Positions 47,267 to 56,817 of a stretch of DNA of 64,000 nt are shown piece by piece. Positions within the stretch are counted from its first letter, which is position 1; each line of letters starts with the position of its first letter. The position numbers and the translations under genes are program-made. Below the pieces are notes generated by a model. It was not told the DNA's origin. It worked only from the letters and a program-made list of their open reading frames with translations, and did not search any database. The stretch comes from Patescibacteria group bacterium UBA7435 (lineage in GTDB: Bacteria; Patescibacteriota; Minisyncoccia; Phycocordibacterales; UBA918), in contig DLQJ01000007.1 in the NCBI GenBank assembly GCA_002477545.1, positions 87,188 through 151,187 of the forward strand, given 5' to 3'.

Positions 47267-47725
47267 TTACATCTGTTCATTCATGTGCTGTGGAGCTTCG
47301 GGGGTTTCTGGTACTGGTCGCGCAGTGACCACTGTTTCAGGAACCTCAGCGTGCGATTTGATCATGAGTGCAGCACCAATCATTGCCATCGCCACAAAAA
47401 ATTCTCGTACATCAAAGTATGAACTCATGACATTTGAAAAAATCGCCATGGCAAGCCACACAAGAGCAATAGCAGTCGCGCTTCGAGAGACCGCCTTGTT
47501 TACTGCGATACCGAACCCAGCGCCCGTGAAAATACATCCAACAAGAACCACCAGCAATGGTGCCAGCATATCAGGCACAAAACTGGGAGCCCAGCTGGCA
47601 AATGATTTTGCGTTAAGAATACTGTACAGCCCCAGCGCAAGAAAAGAAATACCAAACATCACTCTTCCCTGTACCATACTCGAGCCGAAGTCCTGTTTCA
47701 TTGCTTCATTAATTACGTCTTTCAT
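47267..47725 (-). CDS. DoxX-like 4-TM membrane protein
   Basis: GRVMFG..F...G, P..VP, terminal AMIGAALM. Confidence 0.7.
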   Translation of the reverse strand: MKDVINEAMKQDFGSSMVQGRVMFGISFLALGLYSILNAKSFASWAPSFVPDMLAPLLVVLVGCIFTGAGFGIAVNKAVSRSATAIALVWLAMAIFSNVMSSYFDVREFFVAMAMIGAALMIKSHAEVPETVVTARPVPETPEAPQHMNEQM

Positions 47726-47819
47726 AGAGAATATAATTAACTAATAACTCTCTATACCCTACTCCAATACATGGGTATTGCAAGGCATCTTCTGACCCAA
47801 TGTGCCGTATACTAAATAT

Positions 47820-47888
47820 ATGAAACAAGTCATTATTGCAGTAGGTTTGTTTATTGCATTACTCATCGTCAATGCATATCTTTCGTAG
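47820..47888 (+). CDS. Putative 22-aa hydrophobic micropeptide
   Basis: MKQVIIAVGLFIALLIVNAYLS; TATACT 6 nt before ATG. Confidence 0.4.
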   Translation: MKQVIIAVGLFIALLIVNAYLS

Positions 47889-47947
47889 ACACTACAAAAG
47901 AAATAATGTGTGATACTATAGCCGCCTAATAACAATAACTACCTACA

Positions 47948-48913
47948 ATGGACGAATACGCCATATCCCTTCTACTGATATTACTCTCTGCCCTTTTCTC
48001 GGGTCTTACCCTCGGGTATTTCACCCTCAACACGCAAAACCTTAAACGTCAGGCGAAACTTGGTAATGCAGAAGCTATTGCGATCCTTCCAGTGCGCACA
48101 AAAGGCAACCAGCTTCTTACCACCCTCCTTCTTGGAAATGTTGCGGTAAACGCAGCTCTTTCGGTTTATCTATCTTCATTGGCAAGTGGCCTTGTAGCGG
48201 CTCTTTCGGCGACTGTACTCATCTTCCTCTTTGGGGAAATTATTCCACAGGCGGTGCTCTCACGTCATGCCATGTGGTTTGGTTCTCGAGCTGCACCGTT
48301 TATTAAAATAGTGATGTTCATAACCGCTCCTGTGACACTCCCCATTGCTTGGGCACTTGACCGTCTCCTTGGTGAAGAAATGCAAACAACATACAGTGCT
48401 CACGAACTTATGGAAATTGTTTCTGAGCACGAAGATTCAGAACATAGCACGATTGATGAAGACGAAGAACGAATCGTGCATGGCGCACTACAATTCTCAC
48501 ACCGTACGGTACGTGAAGTGATGACATCCAAAGAAAAGGTTATTTCTTTTGAAATTAATCAGCGTCTTACTGAAAATTTTTTTGAGCTCGTTACTGATCA
48601 TGGTCACTCTCGGTATCCTATATATAGCGGAAATACCGAAAATATAACTGGTATGCTCTTCACTAAGGAACTCCTTACTGAAGACGACGGTATAACCATC
48701 GAAGAAACTGACGAAGCATACGAGGACACGTACATCACTGCACGTCCAAACGAAAAACTTGATGTGGTCCTAGCGCGCATGCTTAAAAAACATCAGCACA
48801 TGTGCATTGTGAAGAACAAGAACGACATGTTTATGGGAGTTATCACCCTTGAGGACATCATTGAAGAGATCATACAACAGGAAATTACCGATGAAGATGA
48901 TGAACCAAAATAA
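47948..48913 (+). CDS. CNNM/DUF21 + CBS domain protein (CorB/C-like)
   Basis: SALFSG, LLTTLLLGN, FGEIIPQ, GHSRYPIY, GVITLEDIIEEI. Confidence 0.92.
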   Translation: MDEYAISLLLILLSALFSGLTLGYFTLNTQNLKRQAKLGNAEAIAILPVRTKGNQLLTTLLLGNVAVNAALSVYLSSLASGLVAALSATVLIFLFGEIIPQAVLSRHAMWFGSRAAPFIKIVMFITAPVTLPIAWALDRLLGEEMQTTYSAHELMEIVSEHEDSEHSTIDEDEERIVHGALQFSHRTVREVMTSKEKVISFEINQRLTENFFELVTDHGHSRYPIYSGNTENITGMLFTKELLTEDDGITIEETDEAYEDTYITARPNEKLDVVLARMLKKHQHMCIVKNKNDMFMGVITLEDIIEEIIQQEITDEDDEPK

Positions 48914-48947
48914 CAAAAAGGCCACTCTCTGAGAGTGGCCTTTTTTA

Positions 48948-49421
48948 CTATCGGAGATTATCTTTTTCAAACTCCTTCTGTGAGTCTTTCTTTGACTTCA
49001 CAAACGTTTCGTACTTAAAGGCATACACCGCCACCAAACCAAGAGCCAGGCCAGCAAGGACCATCTGCATGTGTTCAGTGTAGGTCACAGAGTTGAAGAG
49101 TAACTCAAGGATACACGCGATGATACCGATTTCAAGCATAAACTTCATATCTATATGTCGAAACCTCATGTACTCAACGAGAATCCGATACGCCTTCATC
49201 AAGACAATCAAGACCGCAACGTTGTGAAGAAAATCTCCGTTAATAGTGTTAAAGATAGCCTGTCTCTCAGATGGTTCTAGGAAAACCGTATCAAACATTA
49301 ATAACGACACATCGAACATTCCTGATACGAATGCAATTAACATATAAACTACAAGAGCAAGTGCGGTGACAAATGCCACAAACGAAATACATCCGTTCAA
49401 AAAAGGTACTGTTCTTTCCAT
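48948..49421 (-). CDS. PsiE-like membrane protein
   Basis: 4 TM helices, Y.R..HI....LEIGIIA pattern. Confidence 0.65.
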   Translation of the reverse strand: MERTVPFLNGCISFVAFVTALALVVYMLIAFVSGMFDVSLLMFDTVFLEPSERQAIFNTINGDFLHNVAVLIVLMKAYRILVEYMRFRHIDMKFMLEIGIIACILELLFNSVTYTEHMQMVLAGLALGLVAVYAFKYETFVKSKKDSQKEFEKDNLR

Positions 49422-49510
49422 ATGTGTACTATCCTATCACGAGGTGATCCCTGTACGTCTTATTTTTTCCACGGTACACTTATAGTATATTATTTAACTA
49501 TATAAAAGTT

Positions 49511-49996
49511 ATGAAAGAGATTGCATCGTGGCGTCGAAATAAAAAGTCTCGACTCGGAATCATTGTTGGTCTATTGGTACTTGTAGCAATCATCGGTTTC
49601 TTCTTTGAAGCCACAAGAATCTGGATGATTGGAGTTGGCCTAGTGCTCTTAGTTGCACTTGGATTTGAGGCTGCTAATACTGATGTTGATCTTAACTCAG
49701 TAATGCAGGGCGAATCAATTTCTGACTCAGTTATTGAGCGGGATATTGATGGAAATCTAAAAGCATCAGAAGATGGTGGTTTCTTAACACGAGTATTGCG
49801 AGACAGAGAAGGTAACGTCGTAACTGAGGGTTCTGCAAATGCAAAGTACACGGATGAATACAACTGTGACGACTTCAATACACAACCTGAAGCACAACGC
49901 TTTTATGAAAAAGCCGGCGGTGTTGAAGGAGATGTAAATAGACTCGACGGCAACAAAGACGGGGTTGCCTGTCAAGCACTTCCAGCAGGAACATAA
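49511..49996 (+). CDS. Membrane protein with Excalibur Ca-binding domain
   Basis: 2 TM helices; YNCDDF.TQ.EAQ.FY...[11 protein letters not shown]. Confidence 0.85.
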   Translation: MKEIASWRRNKKSRLGIIVGLLVLVAIIGFFFEATRIWMIGVGLVLLVALGFEAANTDVDLNSVMQGESISDSVIERDIDGNLKASEDGGFLTRVLRDREGNVVTEGSANAKYTDEYNCDDFNTQPEAQRFYEKAGGVEGDVNRLDGNKDGVACQALPAGT

Positions 49997-50071
49997 ACAC
50001 ATTAAAAACCGCCTCATCACGAGGTGGTTTTTCTGATACAATAGATTTCTATCAAAATAGTAATACAAGCT

Positions 50072-50479
50072 ATGTCATATTCAATTGAAGAAGTTGAAGG
50101 AATTGGACCAGAATTTGGTCAAAAACTACGAGCTGTAGACATCCAGACTACAGAGGATTTACTACGACGTTGTGGAGACAAAAAAGGACGAGAGGGGGTT
50201 TCCACAGAAACGGGTATCAGTGAAAAGCATTTACTGGAATGGGTAAACCTTTCCGACCTTATGCGCATCAATGGTGTTGGTGAAGAATTTGCTGACCTAC
50301 TTGAAGAAGCAGGTGTAGATACGGTAAAAGAACTCGCTACGCGTAATGCAGAAAATCTAGCAGTTGCACTGGCGGAGTGTAACGAAAAGAAGAATCTGAC
50401 TAATCGTGTACCTTCTGCTGAAACAGTTCAGAAGTGGATTGATGAGGCCGGAACTATGGATGCTGTTGTGAGTCACTAG
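50072..50479 (+). CDS. DUF4332 helix-hairpin-helix protein
   Basis: IEEVEGIGP, DLMRINGVG, LLEEAGVDTVKELATRN. Confidence 0.9.
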   Translation: MSYSIEEVEGIGPEFGQKLRAVDIQTTEDLLRRCGDKKGREGVSTETGISEKHLLEWVNLSDLMRINGVGEEFADLLEEAGVDTVKELATRNAENLAVALAECNEKKNLTNRVPSAETVQKWIDEAGTMDAVVSH

Positions 50480-50602
50480 TTCAAACAGACAAAAGTAAAT
50501 GGCTGAGAGTTTCACTCTCAGCCATTTACTTTTGGTATTAAATATGTTATAATACTTTCGGAAAGCTGGTACGAAAATCAGCTAAAAAGAGAGGCAGCTC
50601 CA

Positions 50603-50995
50603 ATGATTAATGTATTATCACTAGGCACAATCGTGGCTCTACAGTGCTTATGTCCAGAATGGGATGGTGTGACTACTTATCCCTATGTTGAGGATGTTAT
50701 CTATCCTGATGACGGACTTGAGTATCGTGAGTTGCAAAAACCCGTGATTACAGGTGTACACCCAAAGTTCGTTGAAACTATTGGTGACACCGACTACATC
50801 ACCTGCGAACTAGAGATCGATTATCGAGTTCTTGAAAAGGGTGAGGGTATCTACACTGAAGGAGATAGTTTCGGTGAAGTGGAGTATCTTGGAATTTTTC
50901 ATCACCCTGATGACATTCCGGCATATGTCGCAACCTACGGATGTGAACTTACGGAAACCCCTGATCTTGAAGGACAGGATGTCTCACAAGAATAA
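50603..50995 (+). CDS. Hypothetical acidic exported protein
   Basis: GAGG SD, hydrophobic N-terminus, own terminator. Confidence 0.65.
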   Translation: MINVLSLGTIVALQCLCPEWDGVTTYPYVEDVIYPDDGLEYRELQKPVITGVHPKFVETIGDTDYITCELEIDYRVLEKGEGIYTEGDSFGEVEYLGIFHHPDDIPAYVATYGCELTETPDLEGQDVSQE

Positions 50996-51098
50996 CGAAA
51001 AAGGCGCTCCGATTTGAGCGCCTTTTCCATTAATTTTAAAGAAATCAACTGTACAAGAAAATGGATCTGTGAGAAGGTTCAACTAAGGAGGATTTGAA

Positions 51099-51374
51099 AT
51101 GAAAAATATTATTGTAATACTTGCGTTGTTGTTCACAGTGAACATGGCACATGCGGATATCATTTTTGTGAAAATATCTGGTGTTTCAGTTACACGAGTA
51201 GAGTTATATGATATAAAAAGCTACCATGGCAACCACTGTTTAGCTCAGCTTGCTTTTCCCAAAGAGAAGACACTAGACCATAAAATATACAGAGGCGAAG
51301 TGGCCTACACGAGCAAGCAACAAATCATTAACGCAATAGATGCAGAATCGTGTAAAATGAAAGACGGTTCATGA
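51099..51374 (+). CDS. Hypothetical secreted protein
   Basis: AAGGAGG SD, signal peptide ending AHA, two Cys, own terminator. Confidence 0.7.
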   Translation: MKNIIVILALLFTVNMAHADIIFVKISGVSVTRVELYDIKSYHGNHCLAQLAFPKEKTLDHKIYRGEVAYTSKQQIINAIDAESCKMKDGS

Positions 51375-51426
51375 TACTAAGAGCGACCCCTGGGTCGCTC
51401 TTTTATATATATGGTACGCTACACGC

Positions 51427-52242
51427 ATGCAAAAGTATTTATCTCTAGAAAAAAAAGTCGGACAGACTCCCCTGCAATGTGTTGAACTATACAAATCTAC
51501 ACACCCAGAACTACAAGGTGTGTCTATGTCGTATGCGGGACGTCTAGACCCAATGGCTTCAGGAACACTTCTTATTCTATTGGGTGAGGAATGTAAGAAT
51601 CAAAAGGAGTATCATAATCTTGATAAAGAATACGAATTCGAAATTCTTTTTGGCCTTTCTTCTGACACCGCTGATGTACTTGGTCGACTTACTGAAAATA
51701 CTGAGCTTCCTACAATCACTCAGGAACAAATCAAAAAAGTGACCAAAGGACTTATTGGTGAGCTAGACCTTCCCTACCCACACTTCTCTTCCAAGACGGT
51801 ACAGGGGAAACCATTACACACATGGACACTTGAGGGTCGTATTGATGAAATAGAAATCCCTACGAAAAAATCACAGATTCACACACTAACATGCACTAAT
51901 CTATACAAAGAGACACGAAAGCAGGTGTACACATATGCAAGTACTAAAATTGAAACAATTCCTCCAGTTACTGAACTACGTAAAGCTATTGGTAACGACT
52001 TCCGCAGAGTTGACGTCCGTAAGGATTGGGAGACATTTATTGAAAATGGTTCCTTTGAAGATATCTTTTATGTTGCAACGTTTACCTGTACCGCTTCTTC
52101 AGGTACATACATGCGCACGTTAGCTGAGGTCATCGCAAAAGCGTGTGACACTACGGGACTCGCATATGCTATCCACCGAAATACCGTAGGTACATACAAG
52201 AAACTTCCCTTGCTTGGTGGAATTTGGACTAAGAAATATTAA
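51427..52242 (+). CDS. truB: tRNA pseudouridine(55) synthase TruB-like
   Basis: YAGRLDPMASG, KEYEF, TADVLG, SSGTYMRTL. Confidence 0.85.
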   Translation: MQKYLSLEKKVGQTPLQCVELYKSTHPELQGVSMSYAGRLDPMASGTLLILLGEECKNQKEYHNLDKEYEFEILFGLSSDTADVLGRLTENTELPTITQEQIKKVTKGLIGELDLPYPHFSSKTVQGKPLHTWTLEGRIDEIEIPTKKSQIHTLTCTNLYKETRKQVYTYASTKIETIPPVTELRKAIGNDFRRVDVRKDWETFIENGSFEDIFYVATFTCTASSGTYMRTLAEVIAKACDTTGLAYAIHRNTVGTYKKLPLLGGIWTKKY

Positions 52243-52994
52243 TACGGACGATCACCATTGTTGCCCGATGGATTGTACTGACAGACCCACATTTGAGTTA
52301 AGCGATCACCATCATCGCACACTGACACTCCACATCCAACTTGTGTTGTTTCTTTCCAAACTGCCTGAGTGTAATGTCCACATTGCTCACCTGCCTGACA
52401 GGTGTTTTTGCTGTAATTGTAATACTGCTCTTCATCAAGCCACCAGAAAACAGCTTGGGTTGGGTCGAGTGTCTGAGTCTTTGCGGTAGTCCAACTGAAA
52501 TACAAGTTTTCTCCATACGGCCCATCACTGTGCTCAAGAATACAACCTCGACCAGCTAGATTATCAGCCCATGCTTGGGCACTTTTAGCCACTGAAGGTG
52601 CATAGGTCAATGGAGACAGGCCTTTGCCTGCACGAGTAGTGTTATGTCCAGCAAGGATGCTCTGAATATGTACCGAAGTGACTCCAGACATCGAAGGAGT
52701 AGGTACAGGGGATGGTGGCACAATCTCCTCCTTCTCTTGGTTTGGTGTAACGGGAACCACCATAGGGACAACCGCAGACTCAGTCTCCTGTGTCTCTAAA
52801 TCAAGCACAGAACTTGATGCCGAACTATGTATAGCATCAGTTGTTGTAGTCAGAGATGTTTGATCCTCAATCTTGTCAGAATCGGAGATAACGGCAGTTG
52901 TATCAGTTGTATTTTTACCAAAAATAAATATAAGCACCATACACAATACTGCAAGGACAATAAGTATTTCCCAAATATATTTTGATACCTTCAT
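52239..52994 (-). CDS. Membrane-anchored CAP/PR-1 domain protein
   Basis: HNTTRA, EHS..YGENL, CGHYTQAVW, VGCG, VCQYNPSGN. Confidence 0.92.
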   Translation of the reverse strand: MKVSKYIWEILIVLAVLCMVLIFIFGKNTTDTTAVISDSDKIEDQTSLTTTTDAIHSSASSSVLDLETQETESAVVPMVVPVTPNQEKEEIVPPSPVPTPSMSGVTSVHIQSILAGHNTTRAGKGLSPLTYAPSVAKSAQAWADNLAGRGCILEHSDGPYGENLYFSWTTAKTQTLDPTQAVFWWLDEEQYYNYSKNTCQAGEQCGHYTQAVWKETTQVGCGVSVCDDGDRLTQMWVCQYNPSGNNGDRPY

Positions 52995-53034
52995 ATCTTT
53001 CTAAAATACCACAACTGGTACCTCTTGGTAAGAA

Positions 53035-55011
53035 CTATTTTTTTTCTGAAAGCTCAGCATGTTTCTTCAAATACTCGTCAACAGTAATAACAAACTCAGC
53101 ATGACTCCACGTCAACGGTGCAGTAGAAAGATGTTCGCCGGTGTGCGGGTGCATCTGCTCAGCAAGTACGCCACTTTCAGTTGCATGCTCGCATGTCCAT
53201 TCTAAAATCTGGTACGCTTGCTCTAAGCCTTTAAGACTCTCTGCGGCCATAATGCAGTACTGTGCCATCCATAAGGTTGTAATCACCCAAGGGTTTGGAG
53301 TCCCCGTGTCTTGCAGAGTGTAGTAGGTATCATTTTCATACCGTACATATCCGATGCTTTTGGCATCTACTCGTAATCGGTCTTCAACGGTCTGTAGTGC
53401 TTTACGTACACGCGGATCATGTGGCTCTACTACTCCGAAGTACACGGGGCCAAAGAAACTACTCATATCAACCGTCGTGTCTCGAACATCGTCTTTATCA
53501 TCATATGCACGAATCTGCTTAATGAACATCCCCTGCTCTTCATCATATAAATGTTCCATGATCGCACCTTGGATTCGCTGTGCCACAGCACTATAGGTAC
53601 GTGCAGCTTCTTCTTTACCAAGCATATTTGCAAACTGTGCTGCGCTACTTAACGCAGCGTACACGGACGATGCTGTATAGGTTGAAATACCAAACTTTTC
53701 TTCCCAGAGATCAAATGAATTATTTGGAAGACCCAGACGTGACTCTACAAATTCGGTCATGAAGTCTGCTGCTTTTTCGATAAACGGATTATAGAGTGAT
53801 TCAATATATTCCAAGTCTTTAGCGATCTCATAGTGCTTCCAAAGCATATGAAGCACCAACGCAGTTTCGTCTTCTTGAATTGGAAACTCTGGTTCACCTT
53901 CAATAATCCACGGATGCCAAGAACTTCCTAGACATCCATCAGAACGATACTTGTGCATGAAATATCCACCGCGCTCCAACTTGTCCGTCATAAACGTAAA
54001 GAAGCGTCGAGCGACATCAGAGTGTCCTGTGCGATCAAGTGAGTTAGCAATCAAAGCAGCATCGCGTGGCCACACATAACTATATGTGTCTCGGCCATGA
54101 TGCAACATATCGGTGTCACTTGAGGCAATGATTCCCCCTCGGTTATCAGTATGTACACGAATAGTGGTGAGCGAACGTTTATAGAGTGTTTGCAACGGTA
54201 CAGATAAGAGCGAGAGATCACGCTCGTCAGCATCCACCCACGCCTTCCAATAGTTTTCCGTTGATCGCAACAAACGTTTTGGTGTTTCTTCTAACACATA
54301 CGCATTAAGGTCGTGTGCTTCTGCCATATCTTCAGCGCACACAATCCAATAATCAATATCAGCAGATTTTTTTGCGTTTAGTTTAACTTCAACGCCGATA
54401 ACTGAATCAACCGACCCATGTTCAATAGGATTCTTTTCAAGAATGCCATCATTGGCGTCAAAATAGGTACCTTCTCTTCCTTCAATACCAAACAGTCCAA
54501 TATTGTATTCAGTGAATTGCTTTCCCTCATGCATGGCGTTCATAAGAAACGTATGCTTTCCTTTATAGTGAATTACCGCATTTACTCGAGGATCATAAAA
54601 ACCAGTGTCTCCCCTGCGCGATTCTGAAATACGAAACTGCTGTGAGAAAAATACTTTCACCGCGCGCGTATCTTTAGTCATATTTGTGACCGTAAATGAG
54701 CGGATAAAAACGTTCTTTTCATTATGTACAATATCAACACTTGAAAGCGTAATACCTAGTTCGTTGTTTACCGCACTCATAGTACCCACCACTGTCTCAG
54801 CGTCACACCCTACGGTGATCTGCCACTGTGGGTCATCTAACCATGAAATAGTATCATCAACGTAAATACCGATACGGTGTACAAAACTTCCACTTGCTCC
54901 ACTGATATGGTTGCTAAACCCGACAAACGGATAGTACAGATCACGAACCTGCCCACGGTAATCTAACCCGACAAGTATGTTTCCGTTTCCTAATGTGACT
55001 GCTCGTGACAT
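53035..55011 (-). CDS. GH15 glucoamylase-like protein
   Basis: IIAS, YSYVWPRD, QEDET, DLWEE, LAEQ, PLTWSHA. Confidence 0.93.
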   Translation of the reverse strand: MSRAVTLGNGNILVGLDYRGQVRDLYYPFVGFSNHISGASGSFVHRIGIYVDDTISWLDDPQWQITVGCDAETVVGTMSAVNNELGITLSSVDIVHNEKNVFIRSFTVTNMTKDTRAVKVFFSQQFRISESRRGDTGFYDPRVNAVIHYKGKHTFLMNAMHEGKQFTEYNIGLFGIEGREGTYFDANDGILEKNPIEHGSVDSVIGVEVKLNAKKSADIDYWIVCAEDMAEAHDLNAYVLEETPKRLLRSTENYWKAWVDADERDLSLLSVPLQTLYKRSLTTIRVHTDNRGGIIASSDTDMLHHGRDTYSYVWPRDAALIANSLDRTGHSDVARRFFTFMTDKLERGGYFMHKYRSDGCLGSSWHPWIIEGEPEFPIQEDETALVLHMLWKHYEIAKDLEYIESLYNPFIEKAADFMTEFVESRLGLPNNSFDLWEEKFGISTYTASSVYAALSSAAQFANMLGKEEAARTYSAVAQRIQGAIMEHLYDEEQGMFIKQIRAYDDKDDVRDTTVDMSSFFGPVYFGVVEPHDPRVRKALQTVEDRLRVDAKSIGYVRYENDTYYTLQDTGTPNPWVITTLWMAQYCIMAAESLKGLEQAYQILEWTCEHATESGVLAEQMHPHTGEHLSTAPLTWSHAEFVITVDEYLKKHAELSEKK

Positions 55012-55014
55012 ATA

Positions 55015-55479
55015 TTAAAAACTGTAATTACGTAAGGTGCGTACTATGACTGTTCGCGCTGAAGATGGCTTGCGACTTCGACGTAGCTCATCGGCACAAG
55101 TTTCATCTTTAAGAATATGCTCTACCCAATCTGCGAAGTCATTTTTTTCTTTAGTTACATGGTGCAGAAACACTTCCTCCTGCATAGATCCAAACGCCAT
55201 CTGTAGATGATTAAGATCTTCCAAAACTTTTCCGTCAGTTGTCCAGAAGCAATGTTCAGGGTCGGCACACACTAGAGCTCGCACTTGTTTCTTATTTCCG
55301 GATACCTTCTTTGCAGGTGCCTTCTTTGCTGCTTTTTTGACAGCTTTTTTAGGAGTTGATTTCTTCACAGTTTTCTTAGCTACTTTTTTTACAGCTGTTT
55401 TTTTCACTGCTTTTGAAGCAGTTTTTTTAGGAGCGATTTTCTCTCCCACTTTTTTTGAAACTTTTTTAAATATAGACAT
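55015..55479 (-). CDS. Histone-H1-like Lys/Ala-rich region fused to DUF5752-like domain
   Basis: KKxxxKK repeats aa 5-65; FW..DG.....L..L......F.HHV...NDFADWV. Confidence 0.8.
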   Translation of the reverse strand: MSIFKKVSKKVGEKIAPKKTASKAVKKTAVKKVAKKTVKKSTPKKAVKKAAKKAPAKKVSGNKKQVRALVCADPEHCFWTTDGKVLEDLNHLQMAFGSMQEEVFLHHVTKEKNDFADWVEHILKDETCADELRRSRKPSSARTVIVRTLRNYSF

Positions 55480-55484
55480 AAGAA

Positions 55485-56816
55485 CTAATTAGAAAACTTG
55501 ATAAAGAGTAACGCGCGCGTCACGAGGTGTTTCAGATACTGCACGATACGTTCGTACCATGGCATCATCACCTCCTGAGAATCCTCTGCATTAATCATCT
55601 CTTCTTGTTGCTTTTGAGCAACTGCATGTTGTACTCGTAATTGTAAGTCACTTAAGGCATTCATGAAAGCGACATACGCATCATATGGGGATTCGTATGG
55701 AGAGAAATACGCATGCACATCTCCATCATCTGACCACTTTGTACACATATAGTAGAAATGATCGGAAGTTTGTAACTTACGCCAGACTTCAACAAGTTCG
55801 GTATCTCCCGTAGACATCACATCTTTCTCCATTCCATAGATTGCCGCTATGGCATCTTTTTGAATGTCGTTACCTGTCCATGCAGTTAAATCGCGGTCAG
55901 TATCTGCCCACGTAAGAATATCTGGTACATCAATCTCCCCTACTGAATCATAGCTTTCAATGGTTTCTGATGGAGTTTTAAATGAAGTGTCTGGGTGACG
56001 TAATAAAATTTCGGGTAATGCACTAATGAAATTAAAAATTCCTGTGTCCTCCCACTGGTGTTCACCAAAGGTCTCATAATCCATAAAGAGGTTAATTGTA
56101 TTCCCATCCCCATGATGTGCATGAATCCAGTCAGCGTACGTCTCAGCGGTTAGAGGATGACTTGCCCATCCTTTATTACCAAAACGAAAGGCTACGTCAT
56201 CAGAGAGCTTATAGTTCTTAAGCAGTACCTTGATACGATTACATCCAACCGGTGAGTACACATGATTAGGACTACGCCATCCTAAGACCGGGTCCCAACC
56301 CTCAGCCATGATCCCTAGGTACCCATTGTCTTCACACCATTTAGCCAGATCGTTACGATACGACAGCTCTGTATTGCGGAACACACGCGGTGACACTCCA
56401 AACAACTCATGTACACGCTTTGCGTGTTGCGCTACTTGTCGTTCAAATTCAGGTACTGAGTAGAAGAATGCAAGTGAGTGATGATAGGTATCTGCAAGAA
56501 TTTCAACACGTCCGGTTGCTACTAGCTTTTGAAAACTTTCCAAAACATCAGGTGCATACGCCTCAAACTGGTCGAGTACAGTTCCAGAAAATGAAAGTGC
56601 GAAACAAAACTCGGGATGCTTCTCGAGAAGTTCCATAAGCTTTGCGTTCATTGGACGGTATGACTTATGTGCCACTTTCTCTATAATCTTCCGATTATTC
56701 AAATCAGCTTCAGAAGAATCATTAAAATACTCGTTATCGTTACCTATATCAAAAACCCGGAATTTCTTAATCCGATACGGTTGATGTACATGAAAATAAG
56801 GACAGACAGTTAACAT
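55485..56816 (-). CDS. GH57 alpha-amylase-like protein
   Basis: HVHQP, TYHHSL, FRNTEL, MDYETFGEHQW, QTSDHFYYM. Confidence 0.93.
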   Translation of the reverse strand: MLTVCPYFHVHQPYRIKKFRVFDIGNDNEYFNDSSEADLNNRKIIEKVAHKSYRPMNAKLMELLEKHPEFCFALSFSGTVLDQFEAYAPDVLESFQKLVATGRVEILADTYHHSLAFFYSVPEFERQVAQHAKRVHELFGVSPRVFRNTELSYRNDLAKWCEDNGYLGIMAEGWDPVLGWRSPNHVYSPVGCNRIKVLLKNYKLSDDVAFRFGNKGWASHPLTAETYADWIHAHHGDGNTINLFMDYETFGEHQWEDTGIFNFISALPEILLRHPDTSFKTPSETIESYDSVGEIDVPDILTWADTDRDLTAWTGNDIQKDAIAAIYGMEKDVMSTGDTELVEVWRKLQTSDHFYYMCTKWSDDGDVHAYFSPYESPYDAYVAFMNALSDLQLRVQHAVAQKQQEEMINAEDSQEVMMPWYERIVQYLKHLVTRALLFIKFSN

Positions 56817-56817
56817 A

